Below are positions 12,001 through 19,563 of a DNA stretch of 64,000 bases, piece by piece. The number at the start of each line of letters is the position of its first letter. Within the stretch, counting starts at the first letter, position 1. The position numbers and the translations under genes are program-made. Source of the stretch: Bryobacteraceae bacterium (GTDB lineage: Bacteria > Acidobacteriota > Terriglobia > Bryobacterales > Bryobacteraceae); assembly GCA_036003585.1 (NCBI GenBank), contig DASYSG010000045.1:37094-101093 (forward strand). Direction: 5' to 3'. Under the pieces are notes generated by a model, which saw only the letters and a list, made by a program, of their open reading frames with translations, was not told the origin of the DNA and did not search any database.

Positions 12001-12061
12001 CTCGTGCAAACCACACAGCTACGACGACGAGCAGAGGAACGGCCCACAGGGCGCGCTTCAT
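6017..12061 (-). CDS. RHS/YD-repeat polymorphic toxin (2014 aa) with signal peptide, FN3-like domain, inserted F5/8-type-C (discoidin)-like domain and a ~243-aa Cys-rich C-terminal domain
   Basis: Signal peptide MKRALWAVPLLVVVAVWFARGAYS and FN3-like 'DIQWPAASDDANGTGIYDYEIYRNG'. YD repeats include 'YTYDGIGRTLT', 'YSYDSLGHLTGV', 'YTYDNEGRMTAT', 'YMYDSLNRLASAT' and 'YNYDGFGNLTD'. The RHS core end is 'NRYHQPGMGRFITPDSV...NRYSYVEGDPINYFDPRG'. The discoidin-like stretch is 'SSINDGDELGSNWGNSGGWNDAAGPPSWVEIDFAGQKTINEIDVY'. Confidence 0.9.
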   Translation of the reverse strand: MKRALWAVPLLVVVAVWFARGAYSYYYTENGASPVWANWIVQNYNGQLAVYSNGGFGGIAFNSYGGSGRMTYPSTTASPGEVKLTYRMATTTFPGSATVYLSASTDLSAPGAPSAGSGYKIDFQFGSTGSSYSLSRIDSGQFTVVSSGGFGPGHDLMTFRFVRNSTGVILGYVDNVRFLQYSDTTYTSGRMAVELGFDSYQPASGPLLSEIDLGNLDSIAPGAIPSGSISATPFYNHVDIQWPAASDDANGTGIYDYEIYRNGWLVGSTSDLSFSDSTVAPSTTYTYTLKPVDFHGNAAATDFVVTTPAFSPEGRRVGVRTTGAYWGATGENIDVLSGNLNYTLPLINAKARNGWSVGFNLNYNSQDWRYDANRTWKYGADVGYGFGWRLMAGSITPKFADAYSVNYYLFTDSTGAEYRLDQNSGNVWSSKESVYVYYDAAASTLHFRDGSFWYFGCTSAISEADSGVMYPTLMEDANGNQIIVHYKTGLGATWADSSARINTIQDVRTPGTNTYVFNYNADSPPHLTGMNVYVPTGENYTFNYSPNQSLSSPFDSTSYGTVTMLQSVVVIANNTDQEFTYNAFGELTQVVLPYKGYLAYDYSTTTYANNLSYREVVHRRLSKDGVSSTQYPFAHELTPSANIHQFTQLDDPGGVGEKYWAFATSGANAGLVTQYEGRQMPGQVAKIRNDYTWVQDSVGNYYIGTALVTADPGQSYAAQKKTTQSVDTHGNVTQVNTFDYGNLSTPIRTDNFTYQTGSGYASRYIFNRLATSPTTTVTYDEFGLTSLSGILDWDTSMSGITLRGNPTTITSPAGTQTMHYDVAGGVTSTTSNGVTTSLTSTGTTNYAAPSQITVGGFSTSLTYNSFLGLTNETDPNGAQMTIGYDVVARPSSTTSPFGATTTNTYSDTSNPPTVTSAVNGRWTRNSMDGLGRTIKTETGNASGTVSVAETQYDSCGCSPTGKVKQTALPHAPGATPVWTTYTYDGIGRTLTSTTAGTDTTGTTNYLYQGNTVTVTDAAGHWKKYTMNALGQLVQVNEPNPSSSGGGSSTNYALSLNGAVASASSQYSSSYPVSSINDGDELGSNWGNSGGWNDAAGPPSWVEIDFAGQKTINEIDVYTLADCFPNCASITPSQTATSYGISDFQVQYDSAGSWQTVSGGSISSNTLAWNKLTFSSVTTGKIRVNITAAHGGFSRLVELEAWGSGGGNGSEYFTNYSYDSLGHLTGVSMPRSTGTQTRTFNYGNPPGAQLLSATNPENGTVSYTYNSDHTLATKTDAKSQQVQYSYDSYKRVTQIRRGTYTGGTFTEDTCQQENYYYDSGQYGLGRLTSMQYKGGLAYAFGNPSCDHTFTETFTYNSPGGMTSQSLGVSEPAQNYSQGGNISMALTANYTYDNEGRMTATQYPSAWNGSSWVSGPNLGNTFDGMGRLQKLTDLTASSDIIANATYAPTGQLLTMTGASGAPNETRTYNSIGQMTRLQSGSLDIQYAYPTTQNNGKISSQYDNVSGEQITYMYDSLNRLASATGSGWGQSYNYDGFGNLTDQNVTSGTAPALHVTYDPATNRQTGECADANGNLCGSYYSYDVENRFVRKGASWSVTPDVAYSYRPGNKRVWKGTNYVVNDQNWSLPSTDEVTFWSITGQKLATYNLSQYQPGGYYTQPQLVATQTGTNYYFGGKLVKNSTGYVTPDRLGSIGKYFPYGQERPSATQDGKEKFATYFRDSETGLDYANNRYHQPGMGRFITPDSVPASSKDPTSWNRYSYVEGDPINYFDPRGRYQQAPGTPGADDGGGPDPGNCEPSGVNCYPGEDPAFCYYNPNDPECYHPPTDSAGGGGGGGDPVPSVDPNCDRADWLGAQRFVYSTIKGDIDALGIKVAGFTFDMQMAGGHNPGAPSRRADMTELVLRGDAGAYNDLVASICTTVGDPKCFSNAGWDPFHSGMNYRQNVADNSMQITGGFDSQSGQYVINIDIDPHNPSFGPLSGRLGHGWNVIANGFTGGDTNYHNVAAGLSARGIGGGCP

Positions 12062-12480
12062 TGTGGCCTCCCGGAAAGCGAACTTAACTTGAACCCGGCC
12101 TTATATTTTTGGAACTCCTGTTCAATCTGTTCCTTCGTGGCGGTGCCACGCTCAAAAGCTTTAACACCTGCCGCCTGGGAGTTTACGATCGGTTTCAAAT
12201 CTGCCGGCGTCGCGCCGACAAACTCCACCAACGCGAAGTTGCCGTCGTCGCTCACTTGCATGGAGTAGCCGATTACGCCAGACCTATCGCCATTCTTGAG
12301 CTTGGCTGCCTGCTCTGCCGGGGCTGGCGTAAACATCGGGCGCTTGGGATTGTCAGGGGTTCCTGCTCCGATCAGCGGCACGACGGCCCAAACCCGGTGA
12401 TACATCATCTCTGGGGAAACCCGATTCTGAGCGAACAGGGTATTGATCAACAGCAGAAGCAGCGCGACGCAACGGAGCAT
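12058..12480 (-). CDS. Small secreted protein encoded first in the RHS-1 operon (function unknown)
   Basis: The internal ATG at 12480 is preceded by GGAGGAGG (revcomp of 12483-12490) and gives the signal peptide MLRCVALLLLLINTLFAQ. Its stop overlaps the RHS start as ATGA (12058-12061). Confidence 0.6.
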   Translation of the reverse strand: MLRCVALLLLLINTLFAQNRVSPEMMYHRVWAVVPLIGAGTPDNPKRPMFTPAPAEQAAKLKNGDRSGVIGYSMQVSDDGNFALVEFVGATPADLKPIVNSQAAGVKAFERGTATKEQIEQEFQKYKAGFKLSSLSGRPQ

Positions 12481-12814
12481 GGCTTTCCTCCTCCACCGAG
12501 GTAGGCTGGTCCCGCACGAATCGCGTCCGAGCACACATCGGGCGTGCACATCGTGACTAGAAATCCGGCAGTCCGGGAGGCGACTGCCAGCCTCCGAATA
12601 TACCTGGGATGCCCGATATTAATTCAGGACGGTAACGATAGTCAACAGTTGTTGTGTTGCTAATTGGTGTAGGTGAACTAATTATGATCTTAATACCGGC
12701 TAGGGAAAGTCCTATGAGATCGTTCTCGCGATGCCAATAATCGTCCGCTCAGGAAACCTCGGTCGCCCTACGCTGTTGCGCTTTTCTTTCGGACGGTCCA
12801 GTGGAAGAGCAATC

Positions 12815-13399
12815 TCAACGCCTGTGTCGAATCGGCCACCGCATATATGAAAGGCTTTCATTGACTGCCTTCACGTTAAACGTATCGATGAAGTGACCGC
12901 CAGCCCAGCGGACATACTGTTTGTACTCTTTGCGAGTGGGATCGAGAATGACATCCAAGAACTCCTGGTATCCTCGAACGCCGCCTACGTCTTCAGGCGG
13001 ACAGCGGCGCTCACCGCCCATGCAGATTGGAGTTTTCACAGCATCGCTCACCGAGATGACTCTCTCCAGGACAACTTCGTGTTCCCAGTCGTCGCCGAAG
13101 TCATATTGGTAGACCATCGACTCGCCTTCCCCCAGGAGCACCGTGGCAAGCCGCGTTTTGCTCTCGTCGATCAGGTCGAATTCATCGAACTCATCCCACT
13201 CGGGAACACCCCAATGCTTCTCCCCCTGGTCGAATTGATGAAGATGACTGTCGGTCCAACCCATCACGACCTGGAGTGCGCTGTGGAGGCAGCACAGCTT
13301 GATCGAGCTGGGAACCTGGAGGCGTCGCCAGATCCGGGGTTCAATTTCCAGGAGCGTGATCTTGAGTTGGTAGATGGGCGGTGCCTTCTTGGTCGGCAT
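12815..13399 (-). CDS. pRiA4b ORF-3-like family protein
   Basis: The N-terminus 'IYQLKITLLEIEPRIWRRLQVPSSIKLCCLHSALQVVMGWTDSHLHQF' and 'YDFGDDWEHEV' match my memory of the PRiA4_ORF3 domain signature. Confidence 0.7.
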   Translation of the reverse strand: MPTKKAPPIYQLKITLLEIEPRIWRRLQVPSSIKLCCLHSALQVVMGWTDSHLHQFDQGEKHWGVPEWDEFDEFDLIDESKTRLATVLLGEGESMVYQYDFGDDWEHEVVLERVISVSDAVKTPICMGGERRCPPEDVGGVRGYQEFLDVILDPTRKEYKQYVRWAGGHFIDTFNVKAVNESLSYMRWPIRHRR

Positions 13400-13649
13400 A
13401 GGAATTCATTGTCCAACAGAGGTGGTGATTTATGTCACTGCCTGCTATTTCCTGTATGCTCCCGTCCTTTCTCATCGGTCTCCAAAGAGCGCCATCAAGA
13501 ACGATCACTTCCCTTGCGGTATCTCTTCGGACAACCCGTCAGGAAACGGCGAATGGATGGACGGTAGGGGCGGACGCGGATAGGTGGAGAGGAGTAGACT
13601 AGGAAGCGGCAAGCTGGAGGCGCCGCGACCCAGCGCTACAACAGGAAAC

Positions 13650-14114
13650 ATGTCAGGTTTCATACCAATCGAAGGCGGGCTTGCCGCAGTGAAGACGGGT
13701 TTCGACCTCATCAAAGGCGTCCGGGAATCGCTCAAAAAGGAAAAGGTTGATGCAAATGAAGTGACGAGCCAGCTCCTCGAATTGCAGCAGATGCTTTTGG
13801 ATGCCCGCGATGCGCTCACCCAAGCGCAGGAGGAGATGGAAACTTTACAAAAAACACTTGCCGACAACAGCAGTCTCGCCGAGCTTGAGAAACTCATGGT
13901 CTACGACCAGTCCGTTTACTGGAAGCTGACCGGAAACGGTGACGAACGCGAGTCGGAACCATACTGTACAGTCTGTTGGGAAAGAGACCGGAGGCTCTCT
14001 CACTTGCGTCCAGGTGCGACACGCGGTACATTCCGTTGCCAGATAGACGGCACAACATACAACACGAGCGAATACAAGCCACAAGTCATTCAGGCACGAA
14101 CGCCTCGCTATTGA
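13650..14114 (+). CDS. Hypothetical coiled-coil plus zinc-ribbon protein
   Basis: The internal ATG 'MSGFIPIEGG' is followed by a coiled-coil-like 'LLELQQMLLDARDALTQAQEEMETLQKTL' and 'CTVCWERD...FRCQIDGTTY'. The start site is uncertain (the ORF opens at 13584). Confidence 0.45.
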   Translation: MSGFIPIEGGLAAVKTGFDLIKGVRESLKKEKVDANEVTSQLLELQQMLLDARDALTQAQEEMETLQKTLADNSSLAELEKLMVYDQSVYWKLTGNGDERESEPYCTVCWERDRRLSHLRPGATRGTFRCQIDGTTYNTSEYKPQVIQARTPRY

Positions 14115-14359
14115 TTCTCAATTCCCAGCAAGAATCTCCTTCATTTGTCTCTTCTCTACAACCTCCTGGCCCGAGCGCTGACGTTACACATAAAATGGGA
14201 ATCCTGCGCGGCTGGCGTTTCGGAGGCCGTTATACAGGCGATAGAAAATAAGGCGGAAGGACGCTAGCGGTTAGTTCTTCGATCCTATCTTCTTGCTAAC
14301 GTTCTCGGCGCAGTCCCAAGATACAACGCGCGTGAACTTTGGGCGTGGCCTCACGAGTT

Positions 14360-14566
14360 TTAGGGTTTGCGCCATTTATCCCGATGACCAACATCTGTGT
14401 TGCGGACTCGCTCGACCAGAACCGGACCTCCGTTGTTGAGTTCTTTGGCTCGTTCGATTGCCTCGGCTTGGGTCGGCTCTATCGCGCTCGCACGTTCTGA
14501 GCCACCACGGCGGACAGCGTAATCCCCTTCGGGACGACGTTCCACAAATAGTTCGTCTTTTGCCAT
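14360..14566 (-). CDS. DUF2188-like small protein
   Basis: 'MAKDELFVERRPEGDYAVRRGGSERASAIEPTQAEAIERAKELN...' follows the DUF2188 pattern as I recall it (Y-V-x-G-W-V-type hairpin, 'T-x-EAIxxAKELA'). Confidence 0.6.
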   Translation of the reverse strand: MAKDELFVERRPEGDYAVRRGGSERASAIEPTQAEAIERAKELNNGGPVLVERVRNTDVGHRDKWRKP

Positions 14567-14863
14567 GAGAAAAGGACCTCCTATTGGGATTATACGTCCA
14601 GAAATATAGGGGCCACTTATTCACTTCAAATTCACGGTCCAGATCTCAACGTGAATTCAATCGAACCGGAATGAGGCACACCATGCCTGGAAAGAAGGTG
14701 CCGCCAGCTCATGTTGGTGCAAGATGGGTGGTTTTGCGTTCGGCGGAAGTATGCCTGCAGGTAACCAGCATTTGGCTCATTTGACCGAGCCTCTAATTTC
14801 GCATAAGCTGACAACATCTCGACCAACCTGCTCTGCGCCTAAGGACGGCAGACGACGTCACAG

Positions 14864-15781
14864 ATGCCTACAACACAAAACTCGATTCCGGAGCACCAAA
14901 ATAATTCCGAATCCTTGAGTCTGATCTCAGGGGCGAATCAGCTATATCGAGCCGTGAAACGAGTTGCCGTCGGCCAGATAGCCTCGACCGTTTGCGTGCC
15001 ACTTGGATTTTCCATAGTTTCACTCATCAATGCGGCGGTAGGGCCTTGGTCAGCGTTGTACAGCTTATTGATCGCCCTAGTGGATCCTCTGTTGTTCGAT
15101 AAATGGCAAAAAATATGGAAGACCCAAGCCGCCAGACTGCAGGAGCAATTCGACTGCGAGCTTTTCGGGCTGAGTTGGAACGAACTGATTTGCGGTCAAC
15201 CGCCATCGGCCGAGCTGATCCACCGCGCCGCTAATCGATACAGGGGGCCTTCCCTCAGAGATTGGTATCCAGTTTCAGTAGGCACGCTTCCGTTGGTGGC
15301 TGCCCGGCTCGTTTGCCAACGATCTAGCATTGCATGGGACTCGGAGCTCAGGCGTCGTTATGTATTCGCGCTAAAAATCGCGGGCGCGATTCTGTTCGCA
15401 AGTGTTCTGGTCATTGCGTTTGCCATAAACCTTTCACTCCAGGGCTTTATTTTTTCGGTGCTAGCTCCTGCGGTGCCCATACTACAGTGGGGCGTTAAGG
15501 AAGTTCAACTACAACAAGATTCCCTAGACCGCCTTGACCGTCTATTCGCATACTCCGATCGTACATGGCGCGAAATGCTTGCTGGGATCGTTGTTGGCGA
15601 TGTTCTTTCGAGCGCATCGAGGGCTATTCAGGACCAACTGTATTTGCATCGTCAATCCAACCAGGCGATCTTGGAGTCGCTATATGGATTCCTGCGACGA
15701 AACCAAGAGCACGAGATGCAGGCTGTAGCCAAAACACTGGTCGAAGCGGCCTCCAAAAACGAATCGCAGTTGGAGAGATGA
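14864..15781 (+). CDS. S-4TM-like membrane protein (SMODS-associated putative pore-forming effector)
   Basis: The N-terminus 'IPEHQNNSESLSLISGANQLYRAVKRV' is followed by hydrophobic helices ('VCVPLGFSIVSLINAAVGPW', 'YSLLIALVDPLLF', 'IAGAILFASVLVIAFAINLSLQGFIFSVLAPAV'). The gene lies 25 nt upstream of a SMODS-type nucleotidyltransferase gene. Confidence 0.6.
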   Translation: MPTTQNSIPEHQNNSESLSLISGANQLYRAVKRVAVGQIASTVCVPLGFSIVSLINAAVGPWSALYSLLIALVDPLLFDKWQKIWKTQAARLQEQFDCELFGLSWNELICGQPPSAELIHRAANRYRGPSLRDWYPVSVGTLPLVAARLVCQRSSIAWDSELRRRYVFALKIAGAILFASVLVIAFAINLSLQGFIFSVLAPAVPILQWGVKEVQLQQDSLDRLDRLFAYSDRTWREMLAGIVVGDVLSSASRAIQDQLYLHRQSNQAILESLYGFLRRNQEHEMQAVAKTLVEAASKNESQLER

Positions 15782-15806
15782 CTTAACAAACTAACTCCAT
15801 AGCAAC

Positions 15807-16667
15807 ATGGCGTACACGGTGGCAGTATCGTTTGACCAATTTATAGATCGAATCAGCATCTCGGGTGATCAGAACTCAACGGCGACCGCCCGACGCGATC
15901 GCGTCGTTTCACTTCTTGAAAACACCTTCACGATCTTGGAAGCGTTCCCCACGGGTTCGATACCGAAACGAACAGCGGTGACGGGGTCAGATCTAGATGT
16001 CATGGTGGTTTTGCATTACGGGAAGCACATTGAGGGAAAGACGCCTACGCAGGTACTTGGATCGGTGCGAAACGCTTTGGCGAAATACCGCACGGGCGTT
16101 CGCCGTAATGGCCAAGCTGTCACCCTTGGCTATGAAAGCTGGCCAGATGTTGACATTGTTCCAGTATCGAGAACTGTGGCTGATAATGGTGACGTACTCC
16201 ACTACAACGTGCCCGATGAGAATCGAGGAGTATGGATACCGTCTAAGCCCAAACGCCATACGACGAACATAGCGAATCGCGTCGCCACATTCGGAACAGA
16301 GTTTCGAAGGATCATTCGAATGCTCAAATGGTGGAATCAGCAACACAGCGAGTATCTTCAGTCATTCCATATCGAGGTCTTGGCGCTTTCGATTTTAAAC
16401 GATAGCTTCTCCGACTATCTCTGGGACCTCCTAAGATTCTTCGATCAGGCTTGCGAACTCGTCAAGGCGCCGTTGCGGTATGAGGGTGCTTATGTCGATG
16501 AGTATCTTACACCGGGAGATAGAGCCGAGGCGTTGAAGCGTTTACAGACGGCTACAGAGAGGTCGCGTCAAGCATGGCACGCAACATATGGAGGACGAGC
16601 GAATCATAAGGAAGCAATCGAGAACTGGAGGCAAGTATTCGGGGACAGATTTCCGGCTTACGGCTGA
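15807..16667 (+). CDS. SMODS/CD-NTase-like nucleotidyltransferase
   Basis: Pol-beta-type NTase signature 'FPTGSIPKRTAVTGSDLDVMVVL' (G-S ... D-x-D) plus a third acidic residue in 'WPDVDIVPV'. The 286-aa size and the adjacent S-4TM-like gene support the call. Confidence 0.65.
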   Translation: MAYTVAVSFDQFIDRISISGDQNSTATARRDRVVSLLENTFTILEAFPTGSIPKRTAVTGSDLDVMVVLHYGKHIEGKTPTQVLGSVRNALAKYRTGVRRNGQAVTLGYESWPDVDIVPVSRTVADNGDVLHYNVPDENRGVWIPSKPKRHTTNIANRVATFGTEFRRIIRMLKWWNQQHSEYLQSFHIEVLALSILNDSFSDYLWDLLRFFDQACELVKAPLRYEGAYVDEYLTPGDRAEALKRLQTATERSRQAWHATYGGRANHKEAIENWRQVFGDRFPAYG

Positions 16668-16912
16668 ACCGCTCCGAGGCCCAGCGCCCGGCAGACCTCA
16701 TGGGCGAACAAAAGACGAAACTGCTATCCTGTCGGGCGTACGGTTGAACCCGATCGCCCTTTGACCGAAGAGGAGCTGAAGGCCCTTCAGCAGAATCTGT
16801 CCCGACTCAGTGAACCCGGCGTTAGGCAGCTTTACCAGCAGGCTTGGGAGGACTGCCGAATGAGGGGCGAGCGGCTGCCACCGCCTAAAGCGATTCAGCA
16901 ACTGGTGCAGGC

Positions 16913-17371
16913 GTGGAAGCAGTTGTGGAGGTGGAGGTAAAATTGAGTATTCAGGTCAATCTCCCAGGGGAATGCTTCGACGCTATCGCGGAAGCTTTCC
17001 GGTGGAAGATTGCCCATAATCAAGCTAATGACCAGGATGTATCCGCGGTCAAAGGGATTTCACGTAGGCTGTCCTCACAGAAACTGAATCCTGGCAGGAA
17101 ACCGGCACTGAGCGATGGACGGACCAATGATAATTCGCGGACGTACGTCGGCCTGATTCTCGACGAGGATGAACTCGTGTTGATCGTAAACGTGCTCCAG
17201 CAGCGTGATAACTCGACGCATGCGACGCTATGGGAGGATCCGCAGTATCAGAAGGCGATCAACATACTCTGGAGTGCGTTTGAGATCGAATTAGCTGCTT
17301 CAGGACGAAAGCCGCCCATGCGTGAAGTGTTGGACCCTGCCGTACATCACAGCGGAACCGGCCAAAACTGA
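16913..17371 (+). CDS. Hypothetical protein
   Basis: Open frame with a GTG start at 16913. The alternative TTG at 16943 follows GGAGG (16933-16937). No recognisable motifs. Confidence 0.4.
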   Translation: MEAVVEVEVKLSIQVNLPGECFDAIAEAFRWKIAHNQANDQDVSAVKGISRRLSSQKLNPGRKPALSDGRTNDNSRTYVGLILDEDELVLIVNVLQQRDNSTHATLWEDPQYQKAINILWSAFEIELAASGRKPPMREVLDPAVHHSGTGQN

Positions 17372-17403
17372 AGTCGCGCAGATACCTTCCCTAAAAATTC
17401 CGC

Positions 17404-18192
17404 CTACGGGCAGCCTTGGGTTATTTCTGCAAAATCGTCCATCAAAAAACTCCGCCAGAGTGCGCAATCAACGGACGCCGCTACCGGCGAAAACGCCTTC
17501 TGCGTCGCGTACGGCCTGGTGGGTGGTGGGATGTAACCAGGTTCGCCATGTTGGATCAAAATCCCCTGAGCGTCACGAACATGCGGACCGAAATTCACCC
17601 AGCAATTTTGCAATCGCGTTTCTGCCACCAGCGCGGGAATAGCCGCCGGGCTGTGTATGGTCGCGTGAAATCGAAAAGCATTCTCTTCACCAACCGGGCC
17701 GAATTGGAACCCGGTGGCGGCGTGGCCGACGAGATCATGGACGGCACGAAACACATCATTCCATGACCAGCCTGGTGCCGCCCATGCCGCAAGCGGATGA
17801 TCTGGCGGCATGCCGCTGGTCGGATACACGAACAGGCGGCGGTTGCGGCGAACATCCGCCCGCATCTCGCGGCTATTCCGGTACGGCTGCCCATCACCCC
17901 GCCACAGGGAAAAGGTGTAACCAGCCCCGGAGAAAAGCTGGAACTGTTCCCCGATTTCCGCGATGAGCGCCCGGTAGCTTTCGAGCGTCCGGAATTCTAA
18001 CGGGTGTGTCCGGCCTCGTGGTGGGCAGAACCGGGCGAACCGCTCATCGGGCCGGCTCATCTCCCAGTGCGCGGGAAGATCACGCCCACGCCTGCGCGCC
18101 CAGTCCCGGATGATGCCGAGCAGGTGCGGGTTCGGGTCGGGCAAACCGGCACAGACAGACGTTATGTGATGCCGCGTTCGCATAATTCGCAT
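17404..18192 (-). CDS. Hypothetical 262-aa protein, last gene of the Ubl/JAB/E1 cassette
   Basis: Long ORF overlapping the E1 gene end by ~30 nt. 'VFRAVHDLVGHAATGFQFGPVGEENAFRFH' is conserved-looking, but I cannot assign a family. Confidence 0.55.
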   Translation of the reverse strand: MRIMRTRHHITSVCAGLPDPNPHLLGIIRDWARRRGRDLPAHWEMSRPDERFARFCPPRGRTHPLEFRTLESYRALIAEIGEQFQLFSGAGYTFSLWRGDGQPYRNSREMRADVRRNRRLFVYPTSGMPPDHPLAAWAAPGWSWNDVFRAVHDLVGHAATGFQFGPVGEENAFRFHATIHSPAAIPALVAETRLQNCWVNFGPHVRDAQGILIQHGEPGYIPPPTRPYATQKAFSPVAASVDCALWRSFLMDDFAEITQGCP

Positions 18193-18941
18193 TTCTCCCT
18201 CTGCGCAATCATCGAACCGCCATCCAGGCTCGGATCAGAAAGGCTGAGCCGCCGGTAATTCCACGTTCGCGGCCGCTTCATGAGTAGCGTGTCCACGGCG
18301 TAGACCGCGAGCGATCCCACCGCCTGGAGGATGTCGGCGATGGCGGGAGTTCCCGGGCATGGAAAGCGGTCGTCATTCACGATGTCCGGGAACATGCACG
18401 CGATGCAAGGGCCGTCTTTATCCTGGACGAACACGTAGCCATGGTCTGCGTCCCGGCTGACGGCGGTAAAAATGATGGGAATCTCCTTTCGACGGAAGTA
18501 CCAGCCCGCTAAAACGCGGGCCGGATTGTTGTCGACGCCGCAGATCGCGACATCGCAGGTGCTGAAGGGAGTGCCGATCACTTCTTCCAGCGGGAACGGA
18601 TAACCGCGGATCTCCGTTTCCACGATGCACTCCGACTCCAGGTTCCTGGCGAGCGCGATGGCCTTGTTCTCGCCCACATCCTTTATATAGAACCGCTGGC
18701 GGTTAAGATTGCTGGGCTCCACGATGTCGTCATCGACCAGGGTGATCCGCCCGATGCCCTTCCTGACCAGGGTGGGCGCGATTTGTGAGTTGATCCCGCC
18801 CGCCCCGATGCACAGCACGCGGCTTTTCGAGAAGATTGCCTGGTCGAATCCGGAAATCCTCTTTTGCCGATCGTCAGCTCCATCAACTGCTTTGCCATGG
18901 AGCTTAACGGAGGTTTTTGAGTCGGTAAATGCCGGGCGCAT
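18162..18941 (-). CDS. Minimal ThiF/MoeB-type E1-like adenylyltransferase
   Basis: 'SRVLCIGAGGINSQIAPTLVRKGIGRITLVDDDIVEPSNLNRQRF' and Cys pairs 'GPCIACMF', 'FPCPG', 'KCELC'. The start 'MRPAFT' (ATG 18941) was chosen because the paralog at 54117 starts 'MHPAFT'. Confidence 0.8.
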   Translation of the reverse strand: MRPAFTDSKTSVKLHGKAVDGADDRQKRISGFDQAIFSKSRVLCIGAGGINSQIAPTLVRKGIGRITLVDDDIVEPSNLNRQRFYIKDVGENKAIALARNLESECIVETEIRGYPFPLEEVIGTPFSTCDVAICGVDNNPARVLAGWYFRRKEIPIIFTAVSRDADHGYVFVQDKDGPCIACMFPDIVNDDRFPCPGTPAIADILQAVGSLAVYAVDTLLMKRPRTWNYRRLSLSDPSLDGGSMIAQREKCELCERGIT

Positions 18942-19563
18942 AGTGCTCCACTCCTTCGCCGTAGATTTCGAGATCAAAGTTCTGGTCGAGCCGCACGAAA
19001 CGAACGTAACCGTCTCGGCTGAAGATGGCCATCAGGGCCAGATGCCCAGCTTGTTCGAGCCGACGCTGGAAATTCTGATCGGTGCCCGAGGGATGGGTCG
19101 CGTCCGGACCGTTTCCTGGGTGGCTGTGAAAGTGGGCCAGGAATTTGTGCCCGAACTGTTCGAGCCGGATCAGCAGATTGTGGGTGGATGGCATGTCCGC
19201 CACTACGCCCATCCGGCTGCGGCGCTGGTGAGCGAACTCTGCCCACTGATCGAGGACGTGCACGCCCTCGATCTCCGAGCCCGTGATGAAAAAGAACTGC
19301 TCATCCGGATCGGCTGTCAGCTTCTTCGCGCATTCATGCAAGAACAAAGAACTGACGGCGTAGCGCCGCGGCTGATCCCCTGTCCGGGTGTTTTCTTCAA
19401 CGATCCGGTCAAGGCTCGCGAGAAATTCGTTCGTCCGCCGGATTTCCGTTGTGAAGCGCGCGGTGCCTTTACGGGCACGCGCCGCGTCATTGAACCGGCC
19501 GATCAGCTTTTCGCGCTTCTCGACCAGCACTTTCTTCTTTTCGTCGATATGGGTAGTTTTCAT
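18904..19563 (-). CDS. JAB/MPN (JAMM) metallopeptidase-like protein
   Basis: 'FLAHFHSHPGNGPDATHPSGTD' is an HxH...SxxD motif with a longer spacer. The ATG at 19563 overlaps the upstream stop as ATGA (19560-19563). Confidence 0.75.
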   Translation of the reverse strand: MKTTHIDEKKKVLVEKREKLIGRFNDAARARKGTARFTTEIRRTNEFLASLDRIVEENTRTGDQPRRYAVSSLFLHECAKKLTADPDEQFFFITGSEIEGVHVLDQWAEFAHQRRSRMGVVADMPSTHNLLIRLEQFGHKFLAHFHSHPGNGPDATHPSGTDQNFQRRLEQAGHLALMAIFSRDGYVRFVRLDQNFDLEIYGEGVEHYAPGIYRLKNLR

